From Dudresnaya verticillata (Eukaryota): a DNA stretch of 64,000 nucleotides. The stretch covers positions 1,922,001-1,986,000 of the forward strand of contig OZ374565.1 of the NCBI GenBank assembly GCA_977862235.1. Reading direction: 5' to 3'. Every line of letters begins with the position of its first letter. Within the stretch, counting starts at the first letter, position 1. The notes below the pieces were generated by a model. That model did not search any database, was not told the origin of the DNA, and was given only the letters and a program-made list of their open reading frames with translations. A program made the position numbers and the translations under genes. Positions 13,787 through 27,745 of this stretch are shown piece after piece.

Positions 13787-15462
13787 TTTTGTATTTTCGA
13801 TACTGTCCCCAAAGGTAGTTTCTTGTTCAACGAACTCTGGTGTATTTAGATGCAGCTTCTTATGTAGTGCTTTTTTACAAAAAATAAGTTTTGAAAATAC
13901 TGAGAAAGAAATTAGAAGAGGGAAAACGAACAATTTCACAAAAAGGAGTTAATCTCGTTACCATTAACGAAATATTAAAGTTTCAGTTGCGTTGGACTTT
14001 CAGGTCTTTCTGCATCCAGTTGGGCCAAAACGTTTCATCACATAGACATACCGAAAATACTAAGATACAATAACCGTTAATGTTATGAACGTCCTCACCA
14101 CGGCAACAAAATAAGCGTTTGGTAAGGTTGCATCGATCCTGTTGAGGTAAAATTCATTCCACTTTGCCTCTCTTCCTACCTTCAATCCCTAGATGTGGAA
14201 TTTTCCATTACATACGAACAAGAGCTCTCTTCAGAAATTATGTCCAACTCAGTATTTTCTAGTCCTCAAGATGCAATTAAATCCCCATAAATATTAGTCA
14301 ATCGTGCGTTTGAGGCGTTTCTTGTATTCGTTTTTGATACAATACAGTAGAAGAAACAATTAGTAGGTACGGAATATTAGTGCGATTATTCTTTCTAGAT
14401 TTTCTAGAGCATAAAAATAGGAATGCAGAGATCCTCTTCTCAGTACGTCCCCAATATCACCCATACTTAACGTTAGGGAAAGCACGAGTTCACACGAGGT
14501 TCCAGCTATCAAACAGCTCCCTTCAGAGTTCCTAAATATTGCATTTTCACTATCGTTTTCCAAATAATTCTATTGAAAACATTATCAAAATAATCGAGTC
14601 CTTAACAGAACTTCTCCGCACACAAATATGTTGAGAGATAACCGCAGTACTTGCCCAGTAGCACATGAATTCAATGAATGTTCGATAACAAAGTTTTGAT
14701 TTCATTGGCCCGGTCCATTGTTAACGGGTGCCGCTATGTACTGGTATACTATACTTGTGCCTCTGCACATAGGGAATTTGCCCTAAGTCAAATTTATCTC
14801 AGGTATGGACGTCGCACAGAAATAAATAGCTTGCCTCCCCAAGGACCATTGTCGGGGAATATCGTTTCCAACACTCCACAAAACCATTCCAACAGCCCCC
14901 ATTCTGCCCCATGACACTTCAAGCTTTCTTGGAAAGATGCTGTCATAGGTGTGGAAACGACTCTTTTCCTCAAGAACAATGATATCGTCCGCTTAAGATT
15001 TTCCGATTTCAAACCGAATCAGAAGCACCCCGTGTTGAAACCTAATCAGAATCATCCCTTTTCATTTTTACATTCAACGGAGGAGAAAGAGTTAATAACA
15101 ACAGTGAAATCCGTTTGCTCTAAAGCATAGCCGTTCCTAACTAATGGTCGCCCGACACAGCTAAATGCGCCCTTGAAATGTCCCGATTTGCCTCTGAACA
15201 TTTTTGAAAATATTTCCCAGAAAATGCCCTGCCCCCGCCTCGGTGCGCCGTGGCCCGGACTCGACTTGTCGCAATTCCCCACTGGGCCCAGGCCGCCCTT
15301 GAACACTCTGAAGTTTGCAATATCCTAGCGCATGGTCCAACTGGTCACATCCCGCCTGTAGTGCGTTTTACTGACAGCTATGTAATTGTTCTCGTACCTA
15401 TCTTCGGGGTGTAAAGCCTTGAAGAAAGGGCAGGAAATTTTCATTTGAAGTGGTGTTGTCTC

Positions 15463-16301
15463 TGTGGCATAGACGTCGGGTCGAACTGACCCCTAGCTGT
15501 GCTGGTCGAACAGTCGCACCCAGACCCGTCGACGGCCGGTGGTAGCTTTTGGCGGTAAAGCGGTGGTGTCGGCAGCGCGAGTCGTCGACGGTCGCGGATC
15601 TACGGCGTCGAATCCTAAGCGCACACAGCGCGGACAGTACGCGGGCGGCAGCGGCCGGATCCCTGCGTCCCCATCGTGGGGCGGCACGAATCCGACGGTC
15701 GGGAAGGGGAAAGCTTCAACGGCTGGAGGAAAGGGAAAGCTGAAGGGCGGAAGAATGGGAAAGAACCCCAAGGCAGAAAGGGGCAAGGCTGGCGTAGGCT
15801 TGCTTGCGTGTGTCTACTCTAGGCCAGAGGGGCGACTACTAAGTAGGCTACAGTGCCCGCGGCGGCACCAACCCGGGAGGTGCGCCGGCGCCCCCCGATA
15901 CGAGTCGACGCGTACGGGAAACGGTAACCCGGAGTCCCCCGTGGGCGAAACGTTCCACAGGTACCCAACGACTCGACGCTGGAGTGCGCATACGCGTGTG
16001 ACGCACTCAACGGTTCTACGCCGGAGTGCGTGTGCGCGCTGCGCGGGACAGCAGGGCGTTCGACCGCCGCTTACAATAGGCGGTACTATACACAACACAA
16101 TAATAAACGTAGAAATTACACGGGAGTGTCAGTGTCACACGCGTACACGCGTACGGGCGAGCGCCACAGCGCACTTCCTTACAGTTCAGCGGGGCTTCGG
16201 CGCCACCGGCTGACAGCGTGCGCACAGCGGTGCCCACGTGGCGTAGCCGGTCTTACACCTGCGCGGGCGTGGCACAGCTGGTCTTACAGCTATGCCCCAC
16301 A
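15463..16301 (-). mobile_element. Element F 3' LTR (839 bp)
   Basis: On the minus strand, purine tract GAGGGGGG is followed by TGTGG...CCACA termini. No partner LTR in the window. Confidence 0.7.
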
Positions 16302-17122
16302 ACCCCCCTCAAGCGCAAACGCCTTGGTTGCGACCGTTAAAGCACACGCGCAGAGGTGGCCAAGACAGCGTTGGTGATGCGCCAGCGGGGTTTCCCGGGC
16401 GTCTCCCCGGGACGGGCGTCGATGCCCGTTGGGGGCCCGCGCGGAGCCGCGACGGGCCTATTTAGGAAGCCGCCTCTGCGGTTCAGGAGGGGGGCGTCTG
16501 GTCATCGTTCACCACGACCACCCCGCGTGCTGCTACCTGTCTACTAGTGCTGTGCGCCCAAGCTTCGACGTTCTTAACCTCCGCCTTTCCTTGCACCATC
16601 GTTAGCGTAGAGGCGACGATGGGGCCACGCGTGTCTATCGCGAGCGACGCCCCCGCCGAGGGGCACCGGTTACGCGCCCCACCACGTCGACTGAGTCAGT
16701 CCTCGTTGCGGGGCCTCCCGAGCCGGTGCCTGAGGAATCGGCGAGCCGAGAGGCGCGGCCTTCGACGGCACCGCCAGCAGAGGAGCGACCTTCGATGGTC
16801 GTTTCTGAAAATTTGCAGCCATCGATGGTTGCGACAGAAGGGGCGCGATCTTCGACGGTCGCCCCGACAGAAGTGCGCCCGTAATTGGGTGCGCTACGGG
16901 AGGCCGGGGGCGCTCCTGTCCTTTTGGCCATTACCAACAACTGTCCCCGGGCCTGTGGGGGCTGGTACCTACTCCAGGGGCGCTTCAAGGACGTCTGTGA
17001 CGCGTCTACCCGCCTATCGGCGTATTTGTTAACTAAGTTTGGGTCCTCCTTCTGTGTCAGCACCCGAGGCGGAAGCCTCTCTGCGTGGTGCGACACCCCA
17101 GTGTGAGGAGTTGGTACCCTCA

Positions 17123-19587
17123 TTAGTTTTTCGCCTGCGGAGGTTGTAGCGGCCCTGTGTAGCGATTGATCACCGTCGGATGACGTTCTGCTGCATGCGG
17201 CATAGGCCCGCCCCGTGGCGATGGTGGACGCGCCGAACGGCGTGCTGCTTCGCGCGCGGCGCGTTCCTTGTACCGAGTGTACGCATCAGTGGGGACCCCC
17301 GCGTTATCGGCGTCTGTTAAACCTTCGTAGTTGGCGATCGCTTCATACACTTGCTCATGCGGAGGAAGCAGTCCGGTGCGATGTGCCCATGGGCATAACA
17401 CTGATGACAGATCAACTTTCTGCGAGCGTCTTGACAGAAAGGACCCCTGTCTTGCTAACCTGGCCTCGCCCGATGGACATGGGGGGCATACTCCGAGTAC
17501 GGAACGCGTGGCGCGGGCACGACGGAACGCCCAAAGGCGAGTGTAGGGTCCATTGCCCCGGTGTCCTTGTCTTCGACGTAGCTGTCCGTTGGTAACTCTG
17601 AAGTTGGCACTGACGCTTGTTCGTCGGCCAAGTAGAGATCGCCATCGGCGTGTGTTTCCATATCGTCCGCATGACGGGTCACATCACGGAACTCAACGGA
17701 AGACTCGGCTATCATAGCGCGTGCGGCAGGCTTCGTGCCCCTCGTCTGTTGACGTAGAACCGTTCGGTTGTCGCCAATATCTGGGCGCAATGCGCGAGCG
17801 GCTTGGACCGGGGCCATTATATCCCGTCTTACTGACGTCGATCCGGCCCTACCGTGTCTTGCGCGTTGCGCGTTACCTTCGTCTTTCGCGAAGTGTACTA
17901 AACATTCAAAAGATAACTCCACACTCGGCGTTTCTTCGCGGAAGCGGGCCACTAAAGACCTGATCATCGGGTTTAACCCATCGATGTACGGTGTCATCTT
18001 TTCCCATTCGGGATAAACGTTACCGTAACGAATACATGCGCCGGCGAGTCTCATGCCGTAAGTCGTTTCGTCTTCGCCCTGCTTCTGACTAGTCTACCGC
18101 AGAGCGGGGACAGCATCTCGGATCACCGAAGGCGTGGCGTACGTGCGGAGGAGGTATTGTACCGCCTCCGGGTACGATGATACGCCGCCGCGGTGGCATG
18201 AGGACGTCGATTTGACGGAGCGGAATTGCGTGGCTCGTACCTCGTAAAAAGTACGACAGCGCGACGAACCCTTGGGTTTCGCTCATCTCTAGCGTGCCCG
18301 CTTCGTCCGCAAATCGCGTTAAAAACTCCAGGACCATGACGGGGTCGCTGCCGTTGAAGGCGGCGTCCTTCATTGTTAACGCGAGTCGCTTGATGTGGTC
18401 TTTGACCTTCCCGGTCTCGCGTCCAGAGCGCTTCTGTCCCACGTCTTGAAGACGGTATGTTCGGTACGATAGTAACTGATCGAAGAGAGGATTGGAGGGG
18501 CTTAGCTCCTTCAGTCCCTTGTATCGCTTTCCGCGGGGCCTCATGGCACTGCCGTGAGCTATGCGGTCGTCGTCGTCAGACGAAGAGCCGGTTGACCGGT
18601 CGTCACTAGACGTGTCCGAAGAGGATGGGATGCGTCCCCTCGTCGGTGACGGTTCTTCTTCCGTCCATGACGCGACTTGCGGCGATTTTTGCTTCGTCTT
18701 TGACGATCTTTTGTGTCGGCGACGGTCTTCTCCGGAAATATCGCCATCAGACGGCGGCCCTTGGCACCAGTTGGCAGTTTCCAGTCGCTCCAAGCGGGTC
18801 GCTAATCGCTGAAAGCGTTCACGTGAACTCAGTTCCGACTGGGAATGGATCGTCAGTGCCGCCGGATGCTGGGCCTTTTCGGCATGGTTGGGGTTCTTCA
18901 TCAGACGGTTTTTCCGTCAGAGGTCGGAACGGAGTCCTTGAAGGGCACCGTACCGATCTTCTTCCAGTGTCTGCAGACGGCTGAAGATATCTCCGACATT
19001 GTCGTCTAGCATCTCCGCGAATCGAGCGAGTAAGTTACCGTCTTCAGCGAGGCATACTTCCCGAATCCGCTCGCGAGGTATCGTGAGATTACCAACGCGG
19101 GCGGATGCTGGGGACGCCACTGGCGGTGTGCGCGCGGGGGTCGACGCATGAGATGGACCTCCCGTGCTGCGCTGTTGCGCTAACGGCCTGGCCGGTGAAC
19201 ATCCGGCACTACCGTGAGGTGAGGGGCAGCAGCCCCTCGGGATTGGTGATTCGTCTACGACGTCACGCTCCGCAGGGCGTTCTTGGTCGTCTTCGAAGGG
19301 TAAGGTTGGTTGGTGGACGGGAACTTCCGGTTGTTCCTCGGCGATGTCGGCTTGGGCTCCGTCCTCGACGGGTCGCTGTTCGGCTTGGACCGTGTCAGCG
19401 GAATCCACGTGCGAGTGGTAGGTTCGGAGGGCCGATTCGTTGGGAACGGTGGTCGGATAACGACGGGTATCGGCGGGGGAGGTACTTCTCCCCTATTGAG
19501 CGATACATGGGAGTGATCGTGGCCAGGAGGGGTCGGAAAGGCCGATGCGATCACGGGGCTCACGAGCCGCCCAGACCTCATTGTCAT
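17123..19587 (-). pseudogene. gag: Element E gag (frameshifted)
   Basis: Start MTMRSGRLVSP. ORF pieces are collinear with D gag (LLSYRTYRL, FNGSDPV, CHQCYAHGHIAPDC knuckle) and end PQAKN*. Confidence 0.88.
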
Positions 19588-19770
19588 CCGCTGTAGCACT
19601 CCCGGGCGTCGATGACGGTCTTCTTGAACTTGGGCCTCACGACGGCGGCGGTCGTGAGGCCATAATGCAGTCGTAGAGTTTCTTGAACGTCGTGGACGAT
19701 TAGCGACGGACGTCTGAAGACGGAAAGTCGGACGTCGCACGACGGAGTAACTCGTTGAAACGTAGCACAC

Positions 19771-19788
19771 TTCTAGGTCGGGAGACCA
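19771..19788 (-). promoter_or_regulatory. Primer binding site (tRNA-Tyr-like) of element E
   Basis: Minus strand TGGTCTCCCGACCTAGAA next to the LTR, identical to the element C PBS. Confidence 0.8.
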
Positions 19789-20618
19789 GTGGTGGTGCAA
19801 ACGTCGGTGACGGACACCTCCGGATCGTTCGTGAGTCCGGCGGGTAGCGCGTCTAGAGACGGTAGGTGGTAGAGCTTAGAACACGACAGGGTCGGACTGT
19901 AAATTCCAAGGACGGTAGAAAGGGGGAACAAAGGAAACCCGAAGGAAGGCACGTCTGTGACGGTGATGGACGTGGAAGCACGGGAGGTAGACGCTTAGGC
20001 CTAGGCAGCGGTAGTGGAGGGTACGCGCGTGCGGAACGGCGAAGTCTGGACCAAGGAAAGCCGGCTTGCAGGGAGTTTACCTCAACGTCTGGGACGGATC
20101 AACTAAGTATAGAACTACCTAGCGGCAGCAGCGCGTGCGTAAGCGCCGCGCGGGAACTCGGGACACGTGTTGTCCCAAAGCGCGTCTGACATATCCGTCC
20201 TTCATGCAGCCGCGCTCCTGACAGATCACGCGTAGCTTCCCCACTCGAGTCCTTACACATACACGTGGATGTACTTCCTTACAGCCGCATGTGGTGCAAG
20301 GGGAGGTGAGCCCTTTTTCGCTGAAAGCGGGCAGACCAAATACGTCTACCGACGGAGAAACCGCCACCGGCGCTCACCACCGCCGTTGGCGCGCGAACAC
20401 GTCACCGACGGCTCACTGGGGCGCGCGCACACACCGCGCGCCGCGCGCCACGCGGGCACTGTACGGTGATGGGCCGACGTGGCGCCCCGGGGCACTGTAA
20501 TACGGATCCAGATGGGATCCGGATCCAGTTTCCAGATTGGCTATCCGGATCGCCTAAGCTGTAAGATACGCGCCTGTAAGGCTGCGGGTGTTCGCATTGC
20601 TGGCCCGATCCGGATGGG

Positions 20619-23084
20619 ATGACAACGAGGTCTGGGCGCCTCGTGAGTCCCGAGATCGCGTCGGCGTTCCCGACGCTACCCCCGGGACATGGCCACGCAG
20701 GCTCCCACGCGTCGCTCAACGGAGGAGAGTTACCTCCCCCGCCGACGCGCAACCTCGTCGTCGTCCGCACCTCTGTCCCCGAGGGATCGGCCCTCCGCAC
20801 CTACCGCTCCTACGTTGACTCGGCTGACGCAGTGCAAGCCGAGCAACAGGACGTCGTAGACGGAACATAAGCCGACACCGTCGCGGGACAACCGGAACTT
20901 CCGGATCAACCAACCATCCCCGTCAACGACGATCAAGCGCACACCGCGGAGCGCAACGTCACTGACGAACCAATGACACACGGGGCATGTTGCCCCACTC
21001 CCCACGGCAGTGCCGGCTGTTCGCCGGCTCAGCCGAATTCGCCAAGCCAAAGGGCGCAAGTAACGCCAGACCGGTCAAACCGCGAAAGCCAACCGCCAAC
21101 GGCGTCACCCTCGGCCGTCCGCGTGAGTAACTTAACGATACCACGTGAACGGATCCGAGAGGTGTGCGTCTTAGAGGATGATGCGATGCTCGCTCGGTTC
21201 GCCGGGTTGCTGGACGACAGTGTCGGAGGAATCGCGAGTCGTCTACAGACGTTGGAAGAGGATCGGAACGGCGCCCTACAATGGCTTCGATCCGACCTCG
21301 ACCGTCTATTGACGAACCAAAACGCCCAAGGCGAGGGTACACAACCACCGCCGGCAGTAACGGTACATTCGCATTCTGAGCTTAGCTCACGCGAACGCTT
21401 TCAGCGGCTCGCGACCCGCTTAGAGCGACTCGAAACCGCCAAGTGGCGCAACGGTCCACCGTCTGGTGACGAGAGCTCATGCGAAGATCGTCACAGACGT
21501 AAGGATCGGAAGAAACGCCGACGCAAGCTGCGTCAGAGACGGAAAAAGAGCCGTCATCGACGTGGGGACTCATCATCTTCTTCGTCGGACTCGTCAAGTG
21601 ACGGGGAGTCGTCAGACTCTTCTTCTGAAGACGACGACTTCCCAGCTCTCGGCAGTACCGCAAGACCTCGCGGAAAGCGGTTCAAGGGGTTGAAGGAGCT
21701 ACGCCCCTCCAATCCCCTTTTCGATCAGTTATTTTCGTACAGGACTTACCGTCTCAAAGACGTAGGGCAAAAACGCTCAGGGCGCGATACGGGTAAGGTC
21801 AAGGACCATATTAAGCGCTTGGAGCTGACCGTGAAAGACGCCGCCTTCAACGGCAGCGACCCCGTCATGGTCCTCGCGTTCATGACGCGTTACGCGGATG
21901 AAGCCGATACGCTGGAGATGAGCGAAGCCCAAGCGTTCGTCGCACTGCCGTACCTCTTGCGAGGTACGGCAGCCACGCAATTCCGCTCCGTCAAGTCGAC
22001 GTCTTCTTGCCATCGCGGCGGGGTGTCCTCATACCCGGAGGCGGTACAGTACCTCCTCCGTTCGTATGCTACGCCAGCGGCGATCAGGGACGCTGTCCTC
22101 GCCCTACGGTCGACTGCCCAGAAGCAAGGCGAGGACAAGACGACCTATGGGATGCGGCTAGCCGGGGCGTATATTGGTTGCGGTAACGTATATCCCGACT
22201 GGGAAAAGATGACGCTGTACCTCAACGGGTTAGACACGTGGATCAGGTCCCTGGTCGCTCGCTTCCGAGAAGAAACGCCAAGGGCGGGGTTGTCATTTCA
22301 GCGGCTGGTCCACTTCGCACAGGACGAAGGGAATGCCAACCGCGCACGACACGGCAGGGCCGGTTCCGCGTCAGCACGACGTGACCCACTGACACCGGCT
22401 CAAGCCGTACGCACATCGCGATCCGCCATCGGCGATGCTCGAGATGTACTGCGTCCACAGACGAGAGGCGCAAAGCCTGGAGCGCGCGCTATGATAGTGG
22501 AGTCCTCCGTCGAGTTCCGAGACGTTAGCCGCCCTGTCGATGACATGGAAACACACGCCGAAGGCGATTTGTACTTGGCAGACGAGCAAGCGTCGGTGCC
22601 AACCTCGGCTCTACCGACGGACAGCTACGTCGACGAAGAAGAAGCAAGGGATATGGACCCCGCGCTCGCCTTTGGGCGCTCGGTCGTACCCGCGCCACAC
22701 GTCCCCTATTCAGAGTATGCTCCTCACGTTCACCGAGCAAGGCCCGGATGGCAGGACAGAGGTCCGCCCCGTCAAGACGTACGTCGGCAGCTGGTATACC
22801 ACCTATGCTACGCCCGCGGACACATCGCGCCGGACTGCTTCCTCCGCATGAGCGACTTCATGAAGGTTATCACCAACTATGAAGGACCTACCGAGGCCGA
22901 GAAGGCTGGTGTCCCCGCTGATGCGTATGTACGTTGCAAGGAACGCGCGACCCGCGACGCTGCTCGCCGTGCTGCACGACCACAATCGCCACGAGGCGGA
23001 CCCATGCCGCACGCGGCAGAACGTCATCCGACGATGATCAATCGCTATGTAGCGCCACAACCACCGCCGCAGGCGAGAAACTAA
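20619..23084 (+). pseudogene. gag: Element D gag (one in-frame stop at 20868-20870)
   Basis: ORFs 20619..20870 and 20973..23084 are in the same frame. Knuckle YHLCYARGHIAPDC has lost its first Cys. Confidence 0.88.
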
Positions 23085-26000
23085 CTCGGGCACCAAATCC
23101 TGACACTGGGGTGTCGCACCGCGAAGAGAGGCGTAGGCCTCGGGTGCTGACACGGAAGGAGGGCCCGAAGTTAGTTTCTGATGACGCCAACGGGCGGATA
23201 GAGTCGTCATAGACGTCATTAAAACTCCCATGGCGAAGGTACCAGCCCCTCAGGCGCGAGGGCAATTGTTCGTAATGGCCAAAAGGAACTATAAGGTGTA
23301 CGCCGATTTGGGCGCAACCGTTAGTACCTTGGCACGTAGACGCACTGTCCTCGACGCGGGGGCCGGTCCGAATTTCATTCGCATTGACGACATTCCGCTG
23401 GAAGCGCGATCGCGCATCGTGGCAAAGAGCCTCCCCGTCATAGCCGACGCCAACAATAAGGCAATCCAGACAAGAGGCACCATCGAACTGGTCGTCCGTC
23501 TAGGACGGAGAGTTCTCAAGTTGGAACTGATCGTTTGCGAACGACTCGCTGCGCCAGTTATACTCGGCTGCGACTTTTCCGACCGCTTCGTCGAAGCAAT
23601 ATATCCGCGAAGTCGCGAGGTCGAATTGGATGACGGGACTCGTGTCCCTATAACGCGTCGCCCGCTGCGCCGACCCCATCGTATCCTCCGTTACCAACGG
23701 AACAGGAATACGGCAAGGCCGAAGGGAGGACGTCGCTCAAGATCCGAGTCGCCCAGCGCGCGATCATCCCGCCTAAGGCGCAGCAATGGGTATCGGTGAC
23801 CACCGAGCGCGCCGGCATCATCACAATTCAACCGTTCGGAACGATGTACGACAAACAAGGTCTGGCCGTTACGAACGGGATTGCTCAAAGTGGAGCTGCT
23901 AAAAGCGTTTCGCATTCTGGTTGCCAAATTCTCTCCCCGCCCGCAGGCGCTGACCAAGGGCCAAGTCGCCGCGACGGCGTTACCACATCCGACAGCAGTG
24001 TTCCCCAGTCACGTAAGTCTAGCCGATGTTTTGGGCCTCACAGAGGAACAGGCCGAGGAAGAGAAGGCGAACCAAGATTTCCGTTTTCAAACGAATGATA
24101 ACACTGCGGCACAGCCGGATACTTTCACGAAGTCTATCGAGGCAACCACTGCCAAATCTCCGTCAGTAGACGATTTGGACCTGGGACATCTCCCCGCCGA
24201 GCACCAAGGCCGGCTTAAGGAGATGTTGCGCAAGCATTCGTCTATGTGGGACGGTTCGCTGGGGGAGATCTCAACCACGGAGCACTACATCGACTTGCTT
24301 CCCGGCTCTAGCCGATATCTTCCCCGCCCTACCGAGCGGGGCCGAAGCAAAGACAACTCGCTCAAGCGGAAGTGGACCGCATGCTGCGTCAAGGGGTTAT
24401 CGAACCCGCACAATCGCCGTGGGCGTCACCAGTGGTCTTCGCCCCCAAGAAGGACGGGACCCTCCGCTTTTGCGTAGACTACCGTCGTTTAAACGCAGTA
24501 ACCGTACGGGACACGTACCCGCTGCCACGTATCGACGAATGCATTCACAGTCTAGGAGAAGCAAACTTCTTCACCACCCTAGACTGTAACAGGGGGTACT
24601 GGCAGGTGCCGATCAATCCGCGAGACCACGATAAGACTGCGTTCACGTGCCACACCGGACTGTTCCGCTATAAGCGTATGCCATTCGGTCTCACGAACGC
24701 ACCTGCTACGTTTCAACGAACGTTGGACATACTGCTCGCTGGCTACAAGTGGCGTTCGTGCCTCGTCTACCTCAATGACGTAATAATCTTCTCCAGCGAC
24801 ATCGACAGTCACTTCCGTCATGTCGACGAGATCCTTTCGACATTGCACCGCGCCGGGGTGACTCTGAAGTTGACCAAGTGTGACTTCTTCACCCCGACCG
24901 TCAACTACTTAGGACACGTCATACGTCCAGGACGGTTAGAAGTTGACCGAACTGTCACTGCCGCGCTACGCAAAGCCAAGCACCCACGGGATCAGAAGGA
25001 GCTACGGAGTTTCCTCGGTCTTTGTAACGTCTACAGACGGTTCGTCTCGCGATACGCGCATGTCGCTGCCCCCCTCAACAAGTTGCTGAGGAAGGAACAG
25101 GACTTTCGGTTACCATCGTTCGATGAGACACAAGCCAAAGCGTTCAGTACGCTCGTCGAGGCCGTGACTCATCCGCCTATACTGGCGCTACCACAGCAGG
25201 ATCTCCCCTATTCCGTCGACTGTGACGCAAGCGAGTATCAGGTCGGCTGCACTCTCTTTCAAACGCAGTACGACGGGGAACGTAAGCCACTCGGCTTCTG
25301 GTCCCGCTCGCTCACCACTCCAGAGCGTAACTACTCGGTCTCCGAAAAGGAGTACCTCACGGTAGTATGGTCCGTCATGACGCTGCGACCTTACCTCCAA
25401 ATGGAGTCGTTCACAGTACATACGGACCATTCGTCATTGAGGTGGCTGATGGAAATCAGCGACCCCTCCGGACGGTTGATGCGGTGATGCCTTCGCCTTT
25501 CCGAGTTCGACTTTGTCGTCAAGTACAAAAAGGGGTACCTGAATACTCAGGCAGATGCCCTTTCGCGTCTACAGACGAAGGGAGAAACCGTCGAGCCCAT
25601 TGACGATGATATACCATGCTATCACGGAAGCTACGTCGAAGACGGCCATCAAACGTCACAAGACGATCTGTCAGATGCCGAAGGCGAGGTCGACTTCTCC
25701 GAACGAGAGTTCGAAGAGTTCAACTAGGTGTTGATCAACAACACGCCACCGGCAGATGAGGTAATCCTTCGTCAAGTGACGCATGAAGAGTTGGTACACG
25801 CCCAAGGCGATGAAAAATACTGTAACGATGTCAGGAAACGTCTGGATGACGGGATCATCTTACCGTTCGCAACGGATGAACAGGGCCTGTCGGTCCGAAC
25901 AGTGGAAGTACTTCTGCAAGTGGTCGTACCCTCCGCGTTACGCGCTCGCTTACTCCACCTCCGGCACCACGCCAAGTTGGCAGGGCACCAAGGGGGGCGT

Positions 26001-27745
26001 AAGTTGTATCATACGCTCCGACGCGAATACTATTGGCCATCGATGCCAGTGGACTGCTATGCGACCGTCCGCAACTGCGTAACCTGCGCTAAGAATCGCG
26101 TATTGCTGCGAAAGAACACCAAGCAATTGAAGTTATTCCCGGCAACCGAGCCTCTCGAATTCGTATCGATCGACATCCTGGGCGAACTCATACGCACGAA
26201 GCGAGGAAACAAGTTCCTACTCGTCATTGTGGACCGCTTCTCGAAGCTGGTCCGGACGGTCCCGCTGCGTAGTATTATGGCATTGGAAATCGCTAAGGCG
26301 TTCGTACGACATTGGGTCTTCGTGTACGGGCCCCCAAGAAGCTGTTGTCCGACAAATGACCACAGTTTGTGGCTAGGCTGTTTCAGGATATCTTCCGTCT
26401 TTTGGGAGTGGAGAATCTCTTCACCACGACGTACCATCCGCAATGCAATGGCCAGGTAGAACGATTCAATCGAACTACCCTGGCCTCGCTGCGTCACTAC
26501 GTTGCGGATCATGCGAGAGACTGGGACCTGTTCACGGATGCCTTGACGTTCGCATACAACACACAGTTGCATTCGTCTACGCATCTCGCTCCGTTTGAAC
26601 TGGTGCTGTCTAAGCCACCATGGCCATTGTCGCTCGAAGCGGAACCGTCGCTCGAAAGCGTATCCACCGCGGGGCAATACTACACCAAGTGGCGAACCTG
26701 GCTGGCCGCACTGATGGGTACCGCGAAAGCGTCGTTAGAGAAGACTCAAGCACGTTAAAAACGAAACTTCGATACCCGATTAAGGAAATCGGAGGAAGCA
26801 ATCGCCGTAGGCGACTTCGTATTCGTACGTGAGGAATACTTCGCCCGAGGCGGGAGCACAGATCGCGCAGAGCGTAAGCATAACCTGGCGCCAGTGGCGG
26901 ACGGGCCATCCCGGATAACTCACGTTGGTAACGACACGGTAACCGTCGACAAGGGACGTGATGAGCGGGAACGTTTGTCCCGAGACCGCGTGGTCTGGGC
27001 GCCGACCCCACTGGGTCAGGCGGCCCCTCCAATCGTCGTACCACCAGGTCCGCCTGAAGAGCAGGAAGCAGTCGCCCCCACGTCACAAGAAGAAGGGACG
27101 ACTACCCCAAACACGCCACCAGCAGACCTTGAGGGGGACGCAGAGACTTCGCATACTGCGGGAGATCCGCAAGAGTGTACACTCACAGTGTCACGCAGTC
27201 GTGGGTTGGCAGAGCTTTCGCCCTTCGCCGCCGATCCCGACGACCGCGCTTCGCAATCCGTCTCCAACGACGACAATACCCCAGGGGTCCGCACTCGTTT
27301 GGAACACGTCGCTACGGCACCGCCGAATGAGAACAATGAATCCGCTGAAAGCGCGTCCGATAACGAAGACGTCAACCGTGCAAGCACGAAGCAAGGCGCT
27401 GCAAGCGATGGCCTTGTCCCAAGACGCAGCAACCCACTTACCGCTGATCGAGCGTCCGAGGCCGAAGGCCAACGCCTTCGGCGATCAACTCGTCGAGTAC
27501 GTTTCGCCGAACCAGAACAGACGCCCGTCACGCAACGAGAGGAACCGCCAAAGGCGCTGGAAAGGCCCACGACGAAGCCAAACGCTGTGAGCGGGAAAGA
27601 ATACGTGATTGAACGCATCGAGTCGCACGCGTACGCGGATGATGATGAGATACTCTACCGCGTCAAGTGGAACACCTGGGAGCCAGTCTCCAGGTAGCCG
27701 CGATCCCACGTCACACGATACCACCGTCGAAAACGTACGCAGCTG
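23075..27745 (+). pseudogene. pol: Element D pol (PR, RT, RNase H, INT, chromodomain)
   Basis: VLDAGAGPNFI protease; RT with YLND instead of YLDD; VDCDAS RNase H; HHCC and YHPQCNGQVER integrase; EYVIERIESH...YRVKW...TWEP chromodomain. Several stops and frameshifts. Confidence 0.92.
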
